From Bacteroidales bacterium (GTDB taxonomy: Bacteria; Bacteroidota; Bacteroidia; Bacteroidales; B18-G4): a stretch of 64,000 nucleotides of DNA. Shown piece after piece: positions 58,145-64,000 of the stretch; the stretch's first letter is position 1; each line of letters starts with the position of its first letter. Where the stretch lies: contig JAVVEM010000013.1 in assembly GCA_032250805.1 (NCBI GenBank), positions 8,268 to 72,267 of the forward strand. The letters run 5' to 3'. The position numbers were made by a program, and so were the translations under genes. The notes beneath the pieces are model-generated. The model was given only the letters and a program-made list of their open reading frames with translations, ran no database searches and had not been told where the DNA came from.

Positions 58145-58852
58145 ATGAAGCTGAACAGAATCCTTCTTAAATTGAGCGGCGAAGCCCTGATGGGTGAAAA
58201 AGACCATGGCATCGACCCTGAACGTTTATTGCAGTTTGCTTCTGAAATAGCCGAAGCTGCTTCAAGTGGCACCCAGATCGCTATTGTGATTGGAGGAGGG
58301 AATATTTTCAGGGGACTGGAAGGTGCCACTGAAGGTATGGATCGTGTGCAGGGCGATTATATGGGGATGTTGGCAACGGTGATCAACAGTTTGGCCCTCC
58401 AGGCTGAACTGGAGAAACAGCATGTTGAAACTGAGCTTTTTTCAGGCATGCTGATCAGACCTGTGGCCAGGCCTATGAGTGCACGACAGGCAATAGCAGA
58501 ACTTGACAGGGGAAAAGTGGTGATCATCTGCGGAGGTACCGGCAACCCATACTTTACAACCGATTCAGCCTCGGCATTGCGTGCGCTCGAGATCAAAGCC
58601 AACATTTTATTAAAAGGTACACGGGTGGATGGCGTATACTCGGCCGATCCAGAGAAAGACTCCTCGGCGGTGAAGTACGACAGTTTGAGCTTTGATGAAG
58701 CTCTGGAAAAAGGACTCCGGGTGATGGATCAGACGGCCTTTACCCTGTGCAGGGAAAACAAGCTGCCGGTTTATGTGTTTAACATGAACGAAAAAGGAAA
58801 TCTGCTGAAGGTTTTGGCAGGAAACAATATAGGTACATTGATCAATTCATAA
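58145..58852 (+). CDS. pyrH: UMP kinase
   Basis: ILLKLSGEAL, VIGGGNIFRG and GTGNPYFTTDSAS motifs; 235 aa. Confidence 0.96.
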   Translation: MKLNRILLKLSGEALMGEKDHGIDPERLLQFASEIAEAASSGTQIAIVIGGGNIFRGLEGATEGMDRVQGDYMGMLATVINSLALQAELEKQHVETELFSGMLIRPVARPMSARQAIAELDRGKVVIICGGTGNPYFTTDSASALRALEIKANILLKGTRVDGVYSADPEKDSSAVKYDSLSFDEALEKGLRVMDQTAFTLCRENKLPVYVFNMNEKGNLLKVLAGNNIGTLINS

Positions 58853-58894
58853 AAAATATTATATTTGTTATCATAACATTAAAATACCAGCATC

Positions 58895-59458
58895 ATGAAC
58901 GAAGAAGCGCAAATGTGCCTGGATGAAGCCAAAGAAGGGATGGAGAATGCTCTAAGCCATCTTGAAAAGGAGTTTCAGAAAATACGTGCCGGAAAAGCAA
59001 GTCCGCAGATGCTTGAAGGCGTAAAAATTGATTATTACGGGGCAATGACCCCCATCGAACAAACGGCAAATATCAACACACCGGACCCACGCCAGATTAT
59101 CGTTCAGCCCTGGGATAAAAGCATTTTGGGTGAGCTGGAAAAGGCCATTCGCAATGCCAATCTGGGATTTAATCCTAAAAACGAAGGCGAAGTGCTCCGC
59201 ATCAGCGTGCCACCGCTCACTGAGCAACGAAGGCTTGAACTGGTGAAAAAGGCCAAAATCGAAGCCGAAAATACAAGGATCAGCATCAGAAATACACGAA
59301 GAACCGCCAACGACTTTGCCAAAAGCCTCGAAAAAGAAGGCCTGCCCGAAGATGAATCAAAAAGGGTTCAGGACAAAATACAGGAGATTACCGATGAGTA
59401 TACCAAAAAAGTTGATGATATGCTCGAGGTGAAGGAAAAGGATATGATGACGGTTTGA
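58895..59458 (+). CDS. frr: Ribosome recycling factor
   Basis: Contains FQKIRAGKASPQMLEGVKIDYYG and NLGFNP...IRISVPPLTEQRR, and follows pyrH as in most bacteria. Confidence 0.96.
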   Translation: MNEEAQMCLDEAKEGMENALSHLEKEFQKIRAGKASPQMLEGVKIDYYGAMTPIEQTANINTPDPRQIIVQPWDKSILGELEKAIRNANLGFNPKNEGEVLRISVPPLTEQRRLELVKKAKIEAENTRISIRNTRRTANDFAKSLEKEGLPEDESKRVQDKIQEITDEYTKKVDDMLEVKEKDMMTV

Positions 59459-59518
59459 TCCGTAAGGCCCGATAACCTGCACCGGACAAAATAAAAATAC
59501 GCATCACTTTCAGGCGCA

Positions 59519-60532
59519 TTATTCAGTGCAATTTCTGCAAATTTCAATTTTACTTCTGTCGTTCAGGATTTGCGTTCTGAAGCTTTGGTATGCTTCGCTT
59601 TTCCATATTTTTGCAAAGTTGTTACGATCAAGCGATCCCAGCTTATGCGATGCATCCTTGTCGAAGCAACACGGAACAATGGTGCCATCCCAGGTGATCA
59701 CAGCACCACTCCACATCCTGAAACAATGGTTTTTTAAAGGTTTTTTTAATTTCCATCTGCCTTCTGCAGTCTTCACGTAGCGGGCATATTTCGGATCATC
59801 GGGAATGCGGTCGTTGTCATTCGCATAATTGTATACCTGCGCAGTTTTCAGATCCAGCCTGTCGACACCAAGTTTCCCTGCCAGTGCTTTAATTTCGGGG
59901 ATCTGGTGCTGGTTGGATTTGAGAACCAGAAACTGCACAATGACGTAGGGCGTCGTCGAGGCCAGTTGCTTTTTCCATTTTACGATATTCGCAACACCTT
60001 CGGTAACCTGGTCCAGCTTGCCCCCGATCCTGTACTGCTGGTAAGTTTCCTGTGTGGTGCCGTCGATTGAAATGATCAGACGATGCAAGCCTGATTCAAC
60101 AGTTTTACGCGCATTTTCGTCGGTCAGAAAATGTGCATTGGTGCTTGTAGCCGTATATACCTTTTCCTTTGCAGCATATTGCACCATTTCAAAAAATGCT
60201 GGATTCAGGTAGGGCTCGCCCTGGAAATACAACATGAGCCAGATCAGTTTAGCCTTTAGCTGGTCGATGGCATTTTTAAATATATCGGCGGGCATCATGC
60301 CGGTTGGACGGCTGAATTTTCTGAGCCCGGCCGGGCATTCAGGGCATCGCAGGTTGCAGGAGGTGGTTGGTTCAATAGAAATTGATGTTGGCAGGCCACA
60401 ATGCTTTGGCCTGCGCAGCAGAATGCTTGCAACATAACTGAAATGAATACACAGCGCATTTATCAGCTTACTTGCATTTAGTGTAGCGATAAAATTGATC
60501 CCATCTCTTATGGCCGGAAGGGTTTTTCTCAT
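59519..60532 (-). CDS. Radical SAM enzyme with C-terminal SPASM/twitch-type Cys cluster, substrate unknown
   Basis: CNLRCPEC (CX3CX2C) lies after a ~40-aa hydrophobic/basic N-terminus. It also has a GEPYLNP SAM-binding motif. The C-terminal cysteines are CFRMWSGAVITWDGTIVPCCFD...CRNC. Confidence 0.75.
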   Translation of the reverse strand: MRKTLPAIRDGINFIATLNASKLINALCIHFSYVASILLRRPKHCGLPTSISIEPTTSCNLRCPECPAGLRKFSRPTGMMPADIFKNAIDQLKAKLIWLMLYFQGEPYLNPAFFEMVQYAAKEKVYTATSTNAHFLTDENARKTVESGLHRLIISIDGTTQETYQQYRIGGKLDQVTEGVANIVKWKKQLASTTPYVIVQFLVLKSNQHQIPEIKALAGKLGVDRLDLKTAQVYNYANDNDRIPDDPKYARYVKTAEGRWKLKKPLKNHCFRMWSGAVITWDGTIVPCCFDKDASHKLGSLDRNNFAKIWKSEAYQSFRTQILNDRSKIEICRNCTE

Positions 60533-60737
60533 TTCAATGCAAATATGTTCTGTCCAGGCATAATCTGTATTTGAATGTAAACAAAGGTATAAAAATCGTG
60601 TTCCTGATGATGAACGGAAAAAGACATTGATTAGCTTTGCACGTTATCATTGGGAATGGCCCGAACACCTGCCCGCAATTATGGCTCTTCGAAGCGGCCA
60701 TTGCAATTTTCTTGCGTATCTTCGTATTTTCTGCCTT

Positions 60738-61250
60738 ATGCCAGTCAATATTGAAATAAAAGCCCGCTGCCCCGACCCGGAATTGATTGCCCGTATTCTT
60801 CGTGCCAACAGTGCTGAGCATAAGGGCCGCGATCACCAGGTGGATACATATTTTGCGGCGAAAACCGGACGCCTGAAATTGCGCGAGGGAAATATTGAAA
60901 ATAATCTTATTTACTATTGTCGCAATAATGTGTCGGGGCCAAAAAAATCGGAGGTCGTACTTTATCCGGCAGGCAAAAACCCCGGATTAAAGAACATTCT
61001 CCGTAAAGTGCTTGGCATTAAGACAATTGTTGATAAGCAACGCGATATTTATTTTATCGATAATGTCAAGTTTCATATTGACAGGGTAAAGGATCTGGGC
61101 GATTTTGTGGAGATCGAAGCCATTGGTGAGGCGGGGCAGGAGGAAACGCTCAACAAACAATGCCGGTTTTACATGGATCTGTTAATGATCCATGAGGATA
61201 ATCTGATCGGCCAATCATACAGCGACCTGTTAATGGAAAATAATAAATGA
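60738..61250 (+). CDS. CYTH-domain protein (class IV adenylate cyclase / triphosphate tunnel metalloenzyme family)
   Basis: The start at 60738 gives MPVNIEIKAR, a variant of the CYTH ExExK signature. It also has LKLREG and a C-terminal FVEIEA; about 170 aa. The listed longer ORF start (60627) adds a non-homologous extension. Confidence 0.7.
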   Translation: MPVNIEIKARCPDPELIARILRANSAEHKGRDHQVDTYFAAKTGRLKLREGNIENNLIYYCRNNVSGPKKSEVVLYPAGKNPGLKNILRKVLGIKTIVDKQRDIYFIDNVKFHIDRVKDLGDFVEIEAIGEAGQEETLNKQCRFYMDLLMIHEDNLIGQSYSDLLMENNK

Positions 61251-62536
61251 TGAAAAAATTCAAAACAATATACCTGGCGATTGGCCTGATACTGCTTGGG
61301 AGCCTTGTCTGCCAATCGCAAAACAGCCTTGTGTCAAATGCGATAAAGGCATATAGTGAGGGTGATTTTGAGCAAGCTTTCGAACTTACCGGCGATGCCC
61401 TCGTTCATATAGATGCCCTTAGCGGCGACTATATCCCGGCAGCTTACTACTATCGGGGAAAATCACGTATTCAGATTCTTCGGATTGCCCTCGAGGAGGG
61501 AGATAATGAGCGTTTGGCCGGCATGCAGAATGCCTTGATCGAGAGCTATTACGATTACAATGAAGCACTAAAAACGGCAAACGACAAACTTAGCATCGAT
61601 ATCCGGCGCGACCTGGCCGACCTCTACAGTCCATTGCTTCAGACCGGCCTCTCAGCGCTCAATACAGCTAAAAATGATGATCAGCCCGGCAATGTCCGCG
61701 AATCAGCATTGCAGGCGTCGCTCGGATATTTGCAGGCAGCCGCAAATATCAGCCAAACCTACCTGGTTTATGACCTTTTAGGGCAGGCAATGATGATGAC
61801 AGGTGATTCATCTGCCGCTTTGATAAATTTTAATCTGGGCATCCCGGCCTATCGCGAGCGGCCCCCTGCAACACCGGATTTTTTGATGGCTTATGTGTAT
61901 TTCAGAAAAGCCATTATCGAACGATATTTTTTGAAGGATAACAATAAGGCCCTGGCCAGTCTGATGGAAGGCCAGAACATGCTTAAGCGCGAATACAGCA
62001 AATCAGGAGGCGCACTCAGCAGGGAAGACAGGCAGGCATACGAATCAGGTATGATCGACCTTATTGGTTTTGAACTGGATATATACCTTGGTGATCCCGC
62101 TTTGATTGACGATGCCCTGGTCAGGTTCAGGGAGGTGATGAGCCTTTATCCCGAAGATTACGATATCCATGTTTCCTATGCAAACCTGCTCGAAAAAGTA
62201 GATATGAACCTGGCCATAGATGCTTACGAAACCGCTATCAGCATTGATGACAGCCGGGAACTGGCCTATTTTAACCTGGGTGCCTTATATAATAACCTTG
62301 GCTCTGATGTTTACCTGAAAGGATTAAATGAAGATACAGATGCCATGGCCGACAGCCTGTACAATGAAGCCAATAAATATTTTCGCAAAGCATATATCAA
62401 CATGGAGCAGGCATATAACCGCAATCCCAAATTCCTGCCATCAATCAGGGCGCTGGTGCAGCTTGCCAGAACCCTTGGTATTGAAGAAAAGGCCGAATTT
62501 TATAAGCGTAAGGAATTGGAGCTGCGAGGCTTTTAG
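61247..62536 (+). CDS. Secreted TPR-like helical repeat protein, unknown function
   Basis: It has a signal peptide (MMKKFKTIYLAIGLILLGSLVCQSQ) and TPR-like repeats toward the C-terminus (AYFNLGALYNNLG). Its ATG overlaps the CYTH stop (ATGATGA). Confidence 0.55.
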   Translation: MMKKFKTIYLAIGLILLGSLVCQSQNSLVSNAIKAYSEGDFEQAFELTGDALVHIDALSGDYIPAAYYYRGKSRIQILRIALEEGDNERLAGMQNALIESYYDYNEALKTANDKLSIDIRRDLADLYSPLLQTGLSALNTAKNDDQPGNVRESALQASLGYLQAAANISQTYLVYDLLGQAMMMTGDSSAALINFNLGIPAYRERPPATPDFLMAYVYFRKAIIERYFLKDNNKALASLMEGQNMLKREYSKSGGALSREDRQAYESGMIDLIGFELDIYLGDPALIDDALVRFREVMSLYPEDYDIHVSYANLLEKVDMNLAIDAYETAISIDDSRELAYFNLGALYNNLGSDVYLKGLNEDTDAMADSLYNEANKYFRKAYINMEQAYNRNPKFLPSIRALVQLARTLGIEEKAEFYKRKELELRGF

Positions 62537-62645
62537 GCATCGCCCGCAGCGGCCCTCAAATCAATAAGATGTTTTCAGGCAAACAAATACATAACGATAC
62601 AGCTCATCCTGGGCTAATTATTTTTTATCTAAATTCTGTTTTTAC

Positions 62646-62653
62646 TATTTTTG
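62646..62653 (+). promoter_or_regulatory. Bacteroidota -7 promoter box (TATTTTTG) for the S9 peptidase gene
   Basis: Matches TAnnTTTG, 55 nt upstream of the ATG at 62708. Confidence 0.4.
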
Positions 62654-62707
62654 ATAGGACAAACCGCTTAGGACGGGTTTTATCCCTACAATCTTAACTC
62701 TTTTTAT

Positions 62708-64000
62708 ATGAAAAAAATTCTGCTTTTATCACTCTTATTTTCTGTTCTCTGTGCATCGGCCCAGGAAAATTTGAGCTACCGGAAACCGCCAAAAGAAATT
62801 CTTGAATTGGTTGATGTTGAGCGGGCCCCCGGGGTCATGCTTGATGAGGAAAAAGAATATATGATCCTTCTTTACCGCGACGCCTATAAATCGATTGCTG
62901 AACTTTCGCAGGAAGAGTTGCGTCTTGGCGGCCTTCGTATCGACCCGAAAACAAATATCGGCAGCAGGACAACATATTATAACAATATCAGGTTAAAAAA
63001 TCTGAAAGGCGGGAGCAGCGCAATTATTGATATTAAAGGAATGCCTGAAGATCCGGCACTGGCAAACCTTAGCTGGTCTCCCGATCAGAAAATGCTTGCC
63101 CTTACCAATACCACTTCCGATGGTGTTGAGCTCTGGGTGCTCGACATTGAAAAGACCGGCATGTGGAAGCTTACTGAGCCCCGGATCAATGCGAACATGC
63201 GCGATGTTGCCAATTGGTTTGAGGATGGACAAAGCCTGCTGGTAAAAATGGTTCCTCCCGGCAGACAGGAACTGATCGATACCAAAACAGCAGTGCCTTC
63301 AGGGCCGACGGTTTCGGTAAATGATGGGAAAAAAGCACAGAACAGAACCTATCAGGATCTGCTCAAAAATAAAAATGATGAATTTAATTTTGAACAACTG
63401 GCCCTGTCGGAATTGTACCGTGTGTACCTCGACGGAAAAATGGAAAAATGGCTGGGAAGCGCCATGTATTCAGGCATTAATTTTTCGCCCGACGGGAATT
63501 ATGTGATGGTGAGTACGGTCGAAAAACCTTTTTCTTACCTGGTGCCTTATTACAGGTTCCCATCCGTTACGGCCGTATATACAAAAAACGCTGAAAGAGT
63601 GAATACCCTTGTTGAAGTGCCTTTAATCGAAGATCTTCCAAAAGGTTTTATGTCGTGCAGGACCGGGAAGCGAAATTTTTCCTGGAGAAGCGATAAACCC
63701 TCGACATTGATCTATGTTGTGGCCCTGGACGAGGGCAACCCGGAAAATGAAACCGAATACCGTGATGAAGTCTTTGAGCTTGAAGGGCCTTTCGATGGTG
63801 AGCCCGAAAGCATTTTAAAAACAATTAATCGTTTCAGCGGAATTACCTGGGGCAATGACCATATGGCCATTGCATATGACTCCTGGTGGAATACCCGAAA
63901 CACCAAAACCTATCTTTTTAATCCATCAAATCCCACTGCTGAGCCCCAAATCCTTTTCGACCGAAACTACCAGGACGTATACAGCGATCCCGGCCGATTC
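62708..64000 (+). CDS. Secreted S9 (prolyl oligopeptidase) family peptidase, N-terminal beta-propeller part; 3' end outside the window
   Basis: This ORF is not in the supplied track because it has no stop in the window. My own translation from the ATG at 62708 is open for 431 codons to base 64000: MKKILLLSLLFSVLCASAQENLSYRKPPKEILELVD...LSWSPDQKMLAL...INFSPDGNYVMV. The repeated SPDG-type propeller blades and overall pattern resemble the N-terminal domain of S9 peptidases. The catalytic domain would lie beyond the window. Confidence 0.55.
   Translation, partial: MKKILLLSLLFSVLCASAQENLSYRKPPKEILELVDVERAPGVMLDEEKEYMILLYRDAYKSIAELSQEELRLGGLRIDPKTNIGSRTTYYNNIRLKNLKGGSSAIIDIKGMPEDPALANLSWSPDQKMLALTNTTSDGVELWVLDIEKTGMWKLTEPRINANMRDVANWFEDGQSLLVKMVPPGRQELIDTKTAVPSGPTVSVNDGKKAQNRTYQDLLKNKNDEFNFEQLALSELYRVYLDGKMEKWLGSAMYSGINFSPDGNYVMVSTVEKPFSYLVPYYRFPSVTAVYTKNAERVNTLVEVPLIEDLPKGFMSCRTGKRNFSWRSDKPSTLIYVVALDEGNPENETEYRDEVFELEGPFDGEPESILKTINRFSGITWGNDHMAIAYDSWWNTRNTKTYLFNPSNPTAEPQILFDRNYQDVYSDPGRF

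Noticed and set aside
60534-60836. 100-aa ORF on the minus strand upstream of the radical SAM gene, considered as a possible precursor peptide or partner
   Set aside because: It overlaps the CYTH gene start region on the other strand. It has no leader/core-like organisation and no plausible start context, so it is probably spurious.

Overview
The window holds about 50 tightly packed genes from what looks like a Bacteroidota chromosome. Supporting signs are TAnnTTTG-type -7 promoter boxes upstream of many genes, T9SS sorting domains, a GH97/GH2/GH92 glycan gene string and a PPIase-SurA-MoxR block. Most of it is core or housekeeping: glyA, guaB, pfkA, priA, pyrH-frr, ppk1, molybdenum cofactor biosynthesis (moeA-moaA-moaC, MOSC-MogA) and a 2-Cys peroxiredoxin. 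I saw no rRNA, tRNA, CRISPR array, transposase, integrase or phage gene, so this is not an obvious mobile or defence island. All product calls come from motifs read in the supplied translations and from memory of protein families; no database search was possible. The items most worth a second look are: (1) an uncharacterised three-gene envelope module at 47.4-52.2 kb (12-TM double ABC-2-like permease, ABC ATPase, CarboxypepD_reg/beta-barrel-like protein); (2) a NahK-like anomeric sugar kinase plus sugar-1-P nucleotidyltransferase pair inside a SusC/D-less glycoside hydrolase operon; (3) an orphan 3-TM protein with seven haem motifs, NapC/NirT (ImcH-like) type; (4) TTCACCCC direct repeats with a 12-bp spacer beside a membrane-tethered LytTR regulator and a partial MacB/TolC pump; (5) an M28 peptidase whose T9SS C-terminal sorting tail survives only out of frame.
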